DNA of 64,000 nucleotides from Hemiscyllium ocellatum (GCF_020745735.1 NC_083426.1:14632001-14696000), one strand, 5' to 3'; shown: positions 1 through 20,350, numbered from the stretch's first letter. Translations and numbers: made by a program. The notes: generated by a model from the letters alone, not told the origin.

Positions 1-440
1 AGTCTGCCTCATTGCACAACACCATAGGGGTATGTGTTCATATTGGGGGCGTTAAAATAAGGCTCACCAGATTTATTCCTGTATGAAGGATTATCTTAAG
101 AGGAAACATTGTGAGTTTGAATATAGAAGAATGAGAGGTGATTTCATTGTTACTTATAAGGGGCTTGACAAACAGCTGGGAATGACAGGATGCTTATGTT
201 TGTTTTGGAGTCTAAAACTAAGAGACACAGTTTCAGAATAAGTGATCTCCAATAAAAATGGAGACGAAGAGGAATTTATTCACTTGAAGACTCATTTATC
301 TTTGGATTTCTCCACCTCACAGACCAATGGAACCTGGATCATTGAATATATTCAAGGCGATGGTTATGATTGAACAGGCAGGAACAAGTTGTTAAGGCCA
401 CAGTTGTGAATGGGAGTGCAAGTAAGGGAGGCTGAACAGC
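1..440 (+). mobile_element. Decayed CR1 3' end
   Basis: agaagaatgagaggtgatttcattg...ttcaaggc motifs typical of CR1 3' ends. Confidence 0.65.
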
Positions 441-1774
441 CTAGCCCTGTTTCTATTTCTTTTCTTTTTGTTAACTGACATCGTTCGCACTGAAAGCCAT
501 ATTTTATAAGCATGGAGTATTATTTCCAGAGAAAAGCACAAGAAAAGTGACAGATTTTTAATAAAATCTTATTAAAATTTTCATTCTGATATTTATGATT
601 CGTCCTCAACAGCATGAGCATATCCAGATTTGTATTTTGTGTTCTTGGTATTGATTTAAATGTCAGTTGTATATGTGTAAGTTAATTCGCTGCAGGACTG
701 CATTGCTATCATTTCTCCAATCCGATTGGCTGATCTATCTGCCACTTTTCTCCTGTATCTTGGGAGGTCACAGATTCTCAATACGAAATCTCAAGTTGAA
801 ACTAACATTGAAAAAACAAGAAATCTACATCTAGATCTCAGCAAATTTATGTTGCTAACCTTCGTTCAGGGCACAAGACACTGCTGACCTGAAATCGATG
901 GCCATTTTAGACAAACTTAACCAGAGCTCATTAATACTCAATTTGAATAGGAAAGTATATCCACATCATGAATCAACTGGAACTTATAGTAAAATTATTT
1001 TGAGGCACAAATACAGTAAAAACCGGATTTCATCAGATCTTATCAAACTTTATGAGAATATTAATTAACAACTAATACTCATGTGTTCTAAAAATCTCTA
1101 CCTGCATTTGATAAACAGTGAAATAAATCAATAATTCTATGGAACAATTTAAATGCGAAATAAATTCAGGCTTCCATTCACACAGACATATAAGAAATAA
1201 AAGACTGAAAATTGGAAAATTGCATTTCATGATTTTATTATATTATATAGTTTCAGAAACTATTATAATGAGAAGATTTCAGAGAATAGAAAAGGCAGCT
1301 GTGTGATGTTAGGATCACATTTACACCAACTCAGATTTCACTGCAGACAATGTCCACCTTCAACAGAAATCTGCACGTCTCTGGAGAGTATCACAGCTCC
1401 ATGAGTTTATCACAGCGAATGTCAGAACCAAGAAAGAATCAAGTAAAAGTGCTACACAATCAAAGTGTGGGAATAGTTAGACTGTCTCAATGTTCTCATT
1501 TCCAATCCAGATCCAGTGTCCTTAATCTGTTTCTATAAAAACCCACCTTGACAAGGGATTTAATCACATTTATTTGTTGTTAGTGTGGAGCACTGCTGAG
1601 CACAGTCCACAGGCTATTGCCAATGGTATATCTTTATTCAGAGTCATTCAAGAGATGAAGACTTTAATGTGCAGCCATGTGACAACTGCAGTGCTGGGGT
1701 ACTATGTGATCACTGCACGTCAATCCAGAAATATCAATCAGGGTGTGTTTTTAATGAGAACGTAAACGAAGGAA

Positions 1775-9369
<7,595 letters not shown>

Positions 9370-9720
9370 GGTGCCAGTTGGGTTGGTTCAGAGACTCATC
9401 AGAATCTGAAGTGTTGTGTCTGAGCAGCCACATTTATACTGACTGTAATCAAACCTTTCCATTGTCACGAGGCCTCCAACACAATATATGAAATAAATAA
9501 TATTTAACTCATGACTGTTTTATCTCAGATTTAATCTCTCTTAGAAAGGCCAATCTTTCACTCAATTGATAACCAACAGGGAATATTTGGATTATCAACA
9601 AAACCTATTAAATATTGTACAATTACTGTGTTATCACTGATAATGCAACCATAAATATATTTCAAATCAAAGCAAAACCAGTTGCATCAAAGCTGGAAAA
9701 TTGCAATCTCACAAGTTCAT
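9370..9720 (-). promoter_or_regulatory. Proximal promoter of pepsinogen copy 1
   Basis: TATAAA at 9433-9438 about 64 bp upstream of the ATG; AGATAA near 9520; inverted double GATA ttatcactgataa at 9631-9643; block conserved with copies 2 and 3. Confidence 0.75.
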
Positions 9721-12700
9721 CTGAAGATAAATTAATTTTAATTGCTACATATAACAATTAGCTTGTTAATCACTGCAGAAGGTGAAACATTTCTGATGCG
9801 GAATTTCCTGGGGTGGTCAGTTTTATTACACTTTAATTGAGAGATTCAATTGATAACTTCAACTGCAAGGCTGATCCTGGTCTTTAATACATAACCTTGA
9901 GCCTACAGATAAAATGCCATGTTCAAAAATGGAGCTTTTGCCTGTTCAACCAAACTTAGTCCATAATGGGTCGTGATTCACCTAATATTGTACTGAATAT
10001 TCATCTCCTCTGTCAAAACCACCAAAACAGACATGATGTTCTTTTAACATATTCTTTAGATTTATGTGTCACTGGCAAGGCCAATGTGTGCTGTCCATGT
10101 TTGTAATGCCATACCATTGGGGTGGTATACATAAAGTGCAGACTGTGATTTGGCTAGCACTGTGATTGGTTTGTGCAATTATGAACAGTCATCAGCTAGA
10201 TGACAACTCTCTGGACAGCTGAACAGCTTGTCGGTGTGAACAAGGCAGGGAGGATTCTTTGAATTGCTATAAGGGCAGGTCATGTCTCCCCTGTAGCAAA
10301 AATGCCCAATACTTAAAGAAAGCCAATTTTTTTTCCACCCAGTTGCTATAAGCTCTCATCTTTAACCAGTGACTGAGAGACTTTGTAATTGGTATACTAA
10401 TCACCCTGTGCCTCTTGTGAATAAGTGCAAGATTCCAGAGAAGGGAGATCAAAAGTGAGAAGACATTGGCCAAACAAAACTTAATAGAACTGTGAACTAG
10501 TCTTTTTTTCCGTCCAAAGTTTTGTTTTGTATGTATGTGTAGGGTTTTAAAAGATGATTAGAGTTTTAACCAGTAGCACCATATATTGATAGTCCAAAGC
10601 TATTTACTTGAGATTAGAGTAACAAATTGTAGTCCTGCTCAGTGCTCAGTGTTTCTGTTAACTTGATTCCAACAGTCAATCAGAAGGAGGACTCTGTGTG
10701 TTTTGATTAAATCATTATCTTTTGTGCTGATCCGGGAAGCAGTGAGATTTGAGCATCAGCGAATTATCCCAAGTGTGTTGTAACAATGCATATTTAATAA
10801 CATTGTCGGTACTTATCAGTTTACTGATTTCACCTGTTGTATTGCAATCAATTTCAGCACGATCCAACCCACAAACAAAAAAAACATGAAATACTACTTC
10901 TGTTTATTATTCACTTGATTCTGAGCAATGTTGTATCTGCAAAAAGGCCTAACATAGTAGGTAGATTGTTTCAATTTTCCCAAATTTCCTAGATTCTGGC
11001 AAGGTCCAATCAGGTTGGAAAACAAAATGAATATGACTGTTCTATTTGTGAAAGGAAGGAAACCGAAAGCAGAATACTACAGGCCAAAAGCTTAACATCT
11101 GTCATAAAGAATAAGCAGGGGTTTATTATCAAGTTGGTTATTTCAGAGCACTTGGAACTTCTGAATGCTTTTGGGGTCAACATGGCTTTGTGAAAGCAAA
11201 ATCATGTCTATCTAATTATTTGTTCTTTTAGGAAGTAACAACCAACTTCAATAAAGGGTATCCAGTGGTTTATTGTACCTAGATTTCCAAAGGCATCTAA
11301 CAAGGTCCTACATCAAATGTTACTACACAAAATGAGTAAGTGTGGTATAAGGGCTAATACAGAAGCACGGGTAAAGATTGGTTGGTGAATAGGAGGCAAA
11401 TGGTGGGAAGAAATTTGTCACTTTTCCCATTGGCAAGATGTGATCCATGTTGTGTATCAGGAATTATAGTTTAGCCCTTAGTTATTTACAATCCATATCA
11501 ACGACGTGGATGGAACAACGAAATGGAAGGGTGCGAAACTAGCTGATGATATAGATCTACAGGCAACTAGGAAGGTAAGCTGCAAAGAGGAGAAAAAGAG
11601 TCAGGAAAGGAATATAAACAGGCTAAGTATGCAGTCAAAACATTGGCGGTAGATAATAATGAGGGAAAATGTGAAAAAGTCTGCTGAGCATTGGAGAATA
11701 CAGAAACAGCATATAACTCAAAAAGAGAGAGATTGCAGATCTTTGCAGTATTGAGGGAATTGAGTGTCGCGGTACCTGAATCATATATGTTGGGACACAG
11801 TCATAGAGTCATATAGTATGGAAACAGACCGTTTGGGACAACCAGTCCATGCCAACCATTTTCCCAAACTAAACAAGTCCCACCTACCTGTGTTTGACCC
11901 ACATCCCTCCCAACCTTTCCTATTCAGCTTATCCAGATGTTTTTTAAACATTGTGACTGCACCTGCATCTACCCCTTCCTCTGCCAGCTCACTCCACGCA
12001 CTAACCACACTCTGTGTAAAAACATTGCCCCTCATGTCCTTTTTAGATCTTTCTCCTCTCACCTTAACATTATGCCCCCTAGTTTTGACCTCCCCCCATC
12101 TTAGGGAAAAGACCTTTGCTATTCATCTGATCTATGTACTCATGACTTCATAAACCTCTATAAGGCCACTCCTCAGCCTCACTCCAGTGAAAAACATCGT
12201 AGTCAATCCAGACTATTTTTATAACTCAAACCCTCCACTACCTGTGACATAAATTTCAAAGAATTATGCATCTGAAGTCTCTCTGTCCTTCATACTACCC
12301 AGGGCCCTGCCATTAATTGTATAAGTTTTGCCCTTGTTTGTTTTACCAAAATGCAGTCACATTTATCCAAATTAAACTCCATCTGCCACTCCTCAGCTCA
12401 TTGACTCATTGTTCAAGATCTCTTGGCAATCTTAGGTAACCTTCTTCACTGGCCACAATACTACCAACCTTATTGTCATCCGCAAACTTATTAACTTATT
12501 TACCGTGCCTTCTATATTCTCATCAAAATCTCAAAATCTTTTACATAAATGACAAGCAAAAGTGGTTCCACTATTGATCCCTATGGAACACTGCCGGTCA
12601 CAGACCTCCAGTCCAAAAAAAACCTTCCACAACTACCCTCTGTCTCCTACCGTAAACAGTCATCGAATCATAGAGATGTACAGCATGGAAACAAATCCTT

Positions 12701-14047
12701 CGGTCCAACCCGTCCATGCTGACCAGATATCCCAACCCAATCTAGTCCCATCTGTCAGCACCCATATCCCTCCAAACTCATCCTATTCATATACCCATCC
12801 AGATGCCTTTTAAATGTTGCAATTGTACCAGCCTCCACCATTTCCTCGGACAGCTTATTCCATACTTGAACCACCCTCTCCGTGAAAAGGTTATTCCTTA
12901 GGTCTCTTTCATATCTTTCCCCTGTCACCCTAAACCTATGCCCTCTAGTTCTGGACCCCCCCCCCCACAACCCTATTTATCCTATCCATGCCCCTCATGA
13001 TTTTATAAACCTCTATAAGGTCACCCCTCAGCCTCTGACGCTCCAGGGAAAACCGCCCCAGCCTGTTCAGCCTCTCCCTACAGCTCAAGTCCTCCAACCC
13101 TGGCAACATCCTTGTAAATATTTTCTGAACCCTTTCAAGTTTCACAACATCTTTCCAATAGGAAGGAGCTAATATTTTGTATCCAATTGGCAAGCTCACT
13201 CGGAATCCCAAGTGATCTAACTTTACTAATTAATCTATCATACGGAACCTTATTAAAGACTTTCCAAAGTCTAAACTCAATCAAATTTGTGAGACACGAT
13301 TTCCCTCGCGCAAAACTATGCTGACTATCTCTAATCAGTCTGTACTTCTCCAAATGCATGTAAATCCTATCTTTCAGAATCACCTCCATCAACTTATCCA
13401 CCACCAGTGTCAGACTTACAAGTCAATAGTTCCCAAGTTTCTCCTTACAACCTTTCTTAAATAAAAGCACAACATTAACCACCTTCCAGTCATCCAGCAG
13501 CTCACCTGTGGTTTTAGATGATAGAAATATTTATGCTGGAGGCTCCTCAATTTCCTCCCTAATTTATCAACCGGGATCCACTTGATCAGGTCCTGGAGAT
13601 GTATCCATCTTTATGTTTCCTAAGACCTCCAGCACTTCCTCCTCTGTAATGTGAACTGTTTTCAAACATTAACATTCATTTCCCCACAGTAAAAGCTGAT
13701 GTGAAATATTCAAGTACTATTTCTCCTGTCTCCTGATGTTCAACACAAAGTCACAGTAGATAATTTGGAAGCAATTGGAATAATGCAATTTAATGTAAGG
13801 GAATGGAATATAAAACAAGGGTTAGTTTGCTACAGTTGTATGGGGTGCTGGTGAAGCTCCTTCTGGAGTACTGTGTACAGTTTTGGTCTCCTTCTTTAAG
13901 AAAGAATGGCAATATATCTGAAACAGTACAAAGTAACTTCACTTGACTGATACTTGGAAGGTGGGGTGTTATCATGTGAGAAAGCATTGAGTAGGCTGAG
14001 CCTGTATCCATTACAGTTTTGAAGAATGAGAGGTGGTCTCAGTGAAG

Positions 14048-14312
14048 CACAGAATCTATCACAGTGTAGAACCAGGCCATTCAGCCCCTCGAGTCATCAT
14101 TAACCCTCCAAAGAGCATCCCATCCAAACCCACCTTGCCTGCACACCAAGAGCAATTTAACACAGCCAATCCACCTAATCTCATCTTTGGACTGTGGGAG
14201 GAAACCCACACAGACATAAGTAGAGCATGCAAACTCCACAGAGAGTTGCCCAAGGTTGGAATTGAGCCCATGTGAGGCATCAGTGCTCACCACTGAGCCA
14301 CTGTGCTGGCCC
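14048..14312 (-). mobile_element. HE1/V-SINE
   Basis: Reverse-complement SINE, head-to-head with 14407-14688. Confidence 0.8.
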
Positions 14313-14406
14313 AGCAGGATCCTGAGTGGAGGTGATATGTTGGATGCTGAAAGGTTGACTCCCCTTTTAGAAGAATCAGTCTCTGGGACAGGTTTGAAAA
14401 TTTTAA

Positions 14407-14688
14407 GGGTGGCTCAGCGGTTAGCACTGCTGCCTCACAGCACCAGGGTCCCAGGTTCAATTCTAGCCTTAGGTGACTGTCTGTGTGGAGTTTACACATT
14501 CTCCCCATGTCGGTATGGGTTTCCTCTAACAGTCCAAAGATGTGCAGGTCAAGTGAATTGGCCATACCAAATTGTGTTAGGTGTATAAGTCAGAGGGAAA
14601 TAGGTCTTGGTGGGTTACTCTTCAGAGGGTTGGTGTGGACTTGTTGGGCCGAAGGGCCTGTTTCCACACTGTAGGGAATCTAATCTAA
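14407..14688 (+). mobile_element. HE1/V-SINE
   Basis: Same structure as 16604-16922; inserted in a CR1 3' end. Confidence 0.85.
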
Positions 14689-15022
14689 TTTAGAATGGAG
14701 ATGAATAGGGACTTTTTCTCTCACTAGCTCATGAGTCGTTTGAACTGTTTTCAAAGGGGAGTGGTAGAGGCAGGATACTTTTATTGAATACTTTTAAGGC
14801 AGGAGTGGACAGATTATTAACTAACAAATAACTCAATGGTGACCCCGGTAGGTGGGAATATGGAGTTGTGGGCATAGTCAGACCAGCCAATGCATGGTGG
14901 ACAAGCTAAAGGAGCTGATTGGTCTCACTCCTGTGGTAGAACACAGCAGAAGGAGAAAACATCCCTCACCCACTCCCATGTCTGTGAGTCAAGAAATTAA
15001 TGAGCATTCAAAGCAGCTGAAT

Positions 15023-15045
15023 ACTCTCTCTCTCTCTCTCTCTCT
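15023..15045 (+). repeat. (CT)n microsatellite
   Basis: Direct reading. Confidence 0.85.
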
Positions 15046-15234
15046 GCAAATTCCCTTCCGAATCTGTTCGTAAGAAAGGAAAAACCACCTTCAGATGCTC
15101 TAGGGAAGTGAAACCTCGAACATTGTGCGAAAAGTTGAGAATTGGAATATTCATAAATTCAGGTTCTCCTCACAGTAATAAAGGGATTGGAAGGGCACTG
15201 AAGGAAAACTTCACATCAACACTTGTCATCTGTA

Positions 15235-15420
15235 TGCTTATATTCAGGTTGAGTGATTGCATTCACAGGTGGCTATCAGCTGTTAGCTTGCTTGATAACC
15301 TGTTGCTACCTTTTGCAATGTATAATATTTAACATACTATGTCTTGCTTCAATGCATATCTGTTGCATGCACTGACCTAACAAGGGCACAGAAATAGTTC
15401 AGAGTATTGTGCAGGCAGAG
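15235..15420. promoter_or_regulatory. Conserved non-coding block upstream of copy 1 (candidate enhancer); paralogous to 34824-35000 and 39575-39760
   Basis: Shared motifs tatca..tgataacctg, tatttaac, caatgcatatct.ttgcatgcactgacc.aacaagg; retained although the surrounding upstream DNA of copy 1 does not visibly align with copies 2 and 3. Confidence 0.5.
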
Positions 15421-15591
15421 AACCCGTTCTTAAAGCTTCTTTGATGTGAGGTGATGTATACATCCTGCATGTTACCAAAGTTGTTTTCCCCGGGTTACAT
15501 TATTAGATTTTCACTGGAGTGGTGATACAAAATGTACTAAGAGAATAGACTAATAAAACAGTGCACCTGGTTTAGCCTATTCTAACAGTTT

Positions 15592-15910
15592 GGGATGGCA
15601 CAGTGGCTCAGTGGTTAGCATTCCCACCTCACAGTGCCAGGGACCCGGGTTTGATTCCTGCCTCGGACGACTGTCTGTGAAATTTGCACATTCTATCTGT
15701 GTGCGTTTCCACTTGGTGTTCCAGTTTTCTCCCACAGTCCAAAGATGTGCAGGTCAGGTGGATTGGCCATGCTAAATTGCCCAAAGTGTTAGGCGCATTA
15801 GTCAGGGGTAAATACAGGATAGGGGAATGGGTCTGGATGGGTTACTCTTCAGAAGGTCAGTATGGACGTGTTGGACCAAATGGCCTGTTTTCACACTGTC
15901 GATAATCTAA
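15592..15910 (+). mobile_element. HE1/V-SINE
   Basis: A/B boxes, V-domain and tail, moderately decayed. Confidence 0.85.
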
Positions 15911-16603
15911 TGTAAAACCTTGAAATCTTCAAGGTTAGATTAACTTTTAAAAATCCTGCGTGCAATCTCTTGGGCAATCATCATGTGGTATGTTATCCTT
16001 GAAATGTTCTTGTTATGCCTGGAGCAACACTTTTGTGTCTATGTTCTCACAACCAAGTGTGGTGACTCAGCGTTGCATCTGAACAGTATTCAGATTGGAC
16101 TCGAAACACTAACTTTGTATCTCCCTCCACAGATCTGGCCAGGCCTGCGAAGATTCTCCAGAACTTTCTGTTTTCATCCTGTCTGTACAATGTCTACCAG
16201 TTGACTGCAACAAAGTCTTAAATTTAGAGCAAGGCTTCCCAATTAAATTGTGTGTACCTTGTCTGTACTGTATGAACTGATTATGAGGTTTCCCCGAGGT
16301 AAAGGAAGAGCAATCTTATTATCTGACAACCTTGAGAGACATTAATGAAGATGCAATGTCAAACATAAACATAAGCAAGTGATAAAGGTAGTTTCCGGTT
16401 CAAAAGGAAGATGAAAGATGTAAAGAGATATAGAAGCCCATAAGAAGTTCACTCTCTCTTACCAGTGTCACCTTTATATTCTTTCCCTTGAGTCCTTTTA
16501 TCAGCACTCTGGAGTTTAACATATTACAAGCAGAAAATCCTTCAATTAATCCAGTAACAAGCTCACTGCATACCAGTCTCTAAACTAGTCAGTCATCACC
16601 TAT

Positions 16604-16922
16604 GGGCGGCACGGTGGCACAGTGGTTAGCACTGCTGCCTCACAGCGCCTGAGACCCGGGTTCAATTCCCGACTCAGGCGACTGACTGTGTGGAGTTTGC
16701 ACGTTCTCCCTGTGTCTGCGTGGGTTTCCTCCGGGTGCTCCGGTTTCCTCCCACAGTCCAAAGATGTGCGGGTCAGGTGAATTGGCCATGCTAAATTGCC
16801 CGTAGTGTTAGGTAAGGGGTAAATGTAAGGGTATGGGTGGGTTTCGCTTCGGCGGGTCGGTGTGGACTTGTTGGGCCGAAGGGCCTGTTTCCACACTGTA
16901 AGTCTAATCTAATCTAATCTAA
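16604..16922 (+). mobile_element. Full-length tRNA-derived HE1/V-SINE
   Basis: A box tggcacagtgg, B box gggttcaattccc, V-domain tgtggagtttgcacgttctccc, HER1-like 3' end and (TCTAA)n tail. Confidence 0.9.
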
Positions 16923-17570
16923 CCACTCTTTTAAACACAAATTCCTGCCTGCTGAAGTCAGACAAGTAACTAAGATTGGTATTTGAATGCACATGAATAG
17001 CTATGACTGGACACATCTAGGATTGAACACCTTCTTGGACCGTGATGAGAAAGAAAGCCAATATTGTGTCAATGGCAGAATAAGTTTCCATTCCTCTGGG
17101 AACCTGCGTAAGATTCAATGTTTTTAAATATAAAACCACTCACAAGGATGAATAACACCTTTCCTGGTCAGAAAGCAGAGAGGGGCAATGTAAAGCGATT
17201 ACAGCTGTAAAGACCACTTTGATTTAGGATTGTGGACTTAAAAATAGGAAAAGAAGATGCTCTAAATCAACGGACTGTAGAAGAAGGTGCTGCAGTTCTT
17301 TTGAATAAACAAGCTACTGGAATTCATTGTGTGTTCTACCTACAAGGTGCACTTATTCAAGCAATGAGGGAGAATGTTGAACACCTCTGCCCCACGAGTA
17401 TGTGTCCAGGGAGAGTTTTGCCCAGTGACTGATTGGTTTTGGAACCAGAACTATTTGTACATGTTCAGGAGTACTCCGCTCAGTAAAACTTCTTGACTGG
17501 ATTCTGGGTGAGTGGCTACAGCGTTGCTTTTGGACAATACAGCAGAAGCAAACAGGCTATGAAGGACAAA

Positions 17571-18048
17571 GTTTGTGAGAAGATTTGTAGCTCAGGTGCT
17601 CATTGTTGTGGTTCTGTTCGCCGAGCTGGGAGTTTTTGTTGCAAACGTTTCGTCCCCTTTCTAGGTGACATCTTCAGTGCTTGGGAGCCTCCTGTGAAGC
17701 GCTTCTGTGTTGATTCCTCCGGCATTTATAGTGGCTTGAATCTGCCGCTTCCCGGTTGTCAGTTGCTGTCCGCTGCAGTGGTCGGTATATAGGGTCTAGT
17801 TCAATGTGCCTGTTGATAGAATTTGTGGATGAGTGCCATGCCTCGAGGAATTCCCTGGCTGTTCTCTGTTTGGCCTGCCCTATAATAGTGGTGTTGTTCC
17901 AATCGAATTCGTGTTGTTTGTCATCTGAGTGTATGGCTACTAGGGATAGCTGGTTGTGTCGTTTCGTGGCTAGTTGGTGTTCATGGATGCGAGTTGTTAG
18001 CTGTCTTCCTGTTTGTCCTATGTAGTGTTTTGTGCAGTCCTTGCATGG
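17571..18048 (-). mobile_element. Penelope-like element 3' fragment (second family, Poseidon-like)
   Basis: Minus strand translates PCKDCTKHYIGQTGRQLTTRIHEHQ...AREFLEAWHS (GIY-YIG C-terminus), followed by a hammerhead-bearing terminal region. Confidence 0.88.
17641..17680 (-). ncRNA. Minimal type I hammerhead ribozyme motif
   Basis: GCA CTGAAGA T GTCACC tagaaa GGGGAC GAAAC GTT^TGC. Confidence 0.65.
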
Positions 18049-20111
18049 AGGCAGAGCTTGAGAAGAAGAATCTTTCGTGGTAACTTGAGCAGAATGGAGC
18101 TCACACGGTTGGCCTTACTCTGCATGGCCAAGCAGCCATCCAGCCACCTCAACTAACCAACCCTCAGCTTAGAACTAGAAAGATATTTTAAATCTGTACT
18201 ATTTCAATACAGTTTAAAATCTACTGTTGTTTAAGTTTGTATTCTTATTTTCACCCAATGTTGTTTTATGTTGAATAATTAGAGAGCTTGCTATGTTATG
18301 TACTTTGCTATGTTATATTTTCTTGTACTTGCTATGTTATATTTTCTTGTCACTCTATATCTTAAATTTGTTAATTTTTTTAATGCTGTACAGAATTCTT
18401 CAATAAGACTTTAATGATATTACTGGCTGTTCTACGATAATTTAATGTTTCAAGGTGTTCGAATTGTTTCTTTCTGTACAGCTCATCAAGTTCTTCTGCC
18501 ATTTCAGGGATCTTCTACTTTTTAAATGATCAAACTGGAGGTGATATATGTCTTCTATAACCTTCCCAACTTCTTCAGACAAGGTGATTTTCTAGCTTAC
18601 TCCTGGGTAAAATGAATGTTTTCCCTCAATGTAAAGCCCCAGCACTTCCTTTGAGACAAATTGTGAGATTAAATTCTCTGACTGCAGTCTTTACAAATCT
18701 TCCAACAAAAATGGCAAGCAAATCATTGATTACTATCCTTTTAAATCTTTAGGTTTTCCCCGTTTTTCAGCTTCTGCTCCAACAGGCCTGTGCTTTATTT
18801 ACTAAATGTTCAGTTTAAGTTAATCCCAAAGACCTCACAAGTCTGTCGAGCTGTCAAAATTTATTTTCTATTCCTTTCACTTTTCCTTGTAGCTGCATCT
18901 CATGACATCAGATATCAACACTGATGATGCTCCTTGCCAGGCGTAAGAAATCCCCTTTCCACACCCTTGTCTTCCCCTCAGATATTTGCATTGCTTTTCA
19001 TAAAATTATTCCTTTCTCACTTGAGGTTCTCTAACATGACTTCTCGCAATCTTCAGTTGTTCTTTACAGAGTTTCCTTTCCGACAGCCTCTGTATTTTTG
19101 AAGTGTTTCTGGCTTTTCTCTCTTTTCCTGCCCTGGTGCTTCTAACCTCGTTTTCAATGATGATTTGCCTTTGGAGTGCAGCAGTTGTTAGTTGCTGTTT
19201 CCACAACTGTTGTAGCCTCATTCTATCAACAATCCCATTTCAGCTGCTGACTGCTTGTCTATGCTATCTTAAAACAGTAATACTCTTAAAGTAATAAACA
19301 CAATTTCTCTCAAATTAAAAAATCAGGTTTAACATTTGCACACTGACACTTTCTCAGAATCTGCTGCCAGACTTGCTGATCTTTTCCAGTAATATTTGTT
19401 TCTGATTTCCAACATCAGCAGTTCTTTCTGTTTTCAGCAGATCATGTACCTACTCCAGAATTCTGGATGAATATCATTTATTCATGTGGTTCCAAACCTT
19501 TTCTAGGGTTGTTGGGTAATTTATCACCCTCTGTTGTTTTGCTCTGAGTTTGTCTCTTTCTTTAGGTTCAGACTATACTGCAAGGAGTTGCTTCAAACAA
19601 ATCTGCATGATATAAATGTTGACCATGTAGTGGCCATCTCTGTCTTCAATTACTCTTGTTCAAAGCATCTACATTATACTGCTCTCACTGTAATGTCACT
19701 GTATACCTCATCTGCAAATTCACAAGTCTGTCGAGCTGTCAAAATGGTCTTAAGGCAAAGATGGATAGATTTTTGAAAGGAACTAAGGGTTATGTAAGCA
19801 AGTGGGTAAGTGGTGCTGAGTCCATGAAAAGATCAGCTGTGATTTTATTGAATGGCAGAGCAAGCTTGATGGGCCAGAAGCCCACTCCTGCTCCAATTTG
19901 TTATGTGAATGTGTTTTTATCATTTTATGATATAAACTGCACGATTAAAATATTTTTGTATAACTTGTTTTAAATTTAGTTTGTGACTCATGGGTTTTCT
20001 CCATGTCTGAGTTAATAATGAACTTTTAAGTATTTCTGTAACCATGTGGTTTCTCTTTAAGACAGTTTGTGTAAGCTATCTTTGCAGCATTAGTGGGTAT
20101 TTTGTTCCTTT

Positions 20112-20260
20112 CGATAAAAACAATGACTGCAGATGCTGGAAACCAGATTCTGGATCAGTGGTGCTGGAAGAGCACAGCAGTTCAGGCAGCATCCAACGAG
20201 CAGCGAAATCTCGGTGGATGCTGCCTGAACTGCTGTGCTCTTCCAGCACCACTGATCCAG
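20112..20260 (-). mobile_element. Short Penelope-derived fold-back insertion (47-bp perfect inverted repeat plus 37-nt tail)
   Basis: Arms 20149-20195 and 20215-20261; 13-bp TSD attttgttccttt at 20099-20111 and 20261-20273; empty in arm B (~55261-55273). Confidence 0.88.
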
Positions 20261-20350
20261 ATTTTGTTCCTTTAGACTGTTTTGCAATTTGCTAAGGTCG
20301 ACTTTAAGGTCTATAAGAAATTTACAGGTTTAGTTTTAAGTTTAGAGGAA

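Larger units (their letters stand above)
10930..14930. mobile_element. Nested CR1/HER1 LINE cluster: old plus-strand CR1 RT/3' end (10930-11790, 13750-14930) interrupted by minus-strand CR1 pieces (11800-13740) and two SINEs
   Basis: RT motifs (GKSCLTNLIEF, KDVVKLERVQKIFTRMLPGL, FTQSVVSAW) and CR1 tails catagagtcatatag and catagagatgtacagc. Confidence 0.8.

Noticed and set aside
1350-1765. Short plus-strand ORFs recurring in several copies (also 52693-52914, 63481-63702)
   Set aside because: Antisense to the pepsinogen 3' UTR; recurrence reflects duplication, and the copy near 23045 has a frameshifting deletion.
16604-16680. tRNA gene
   Set aside because: The A/B boxes belong to the tRNA-derived head of a SINE and continue into the V-domain and LINE-like tail.
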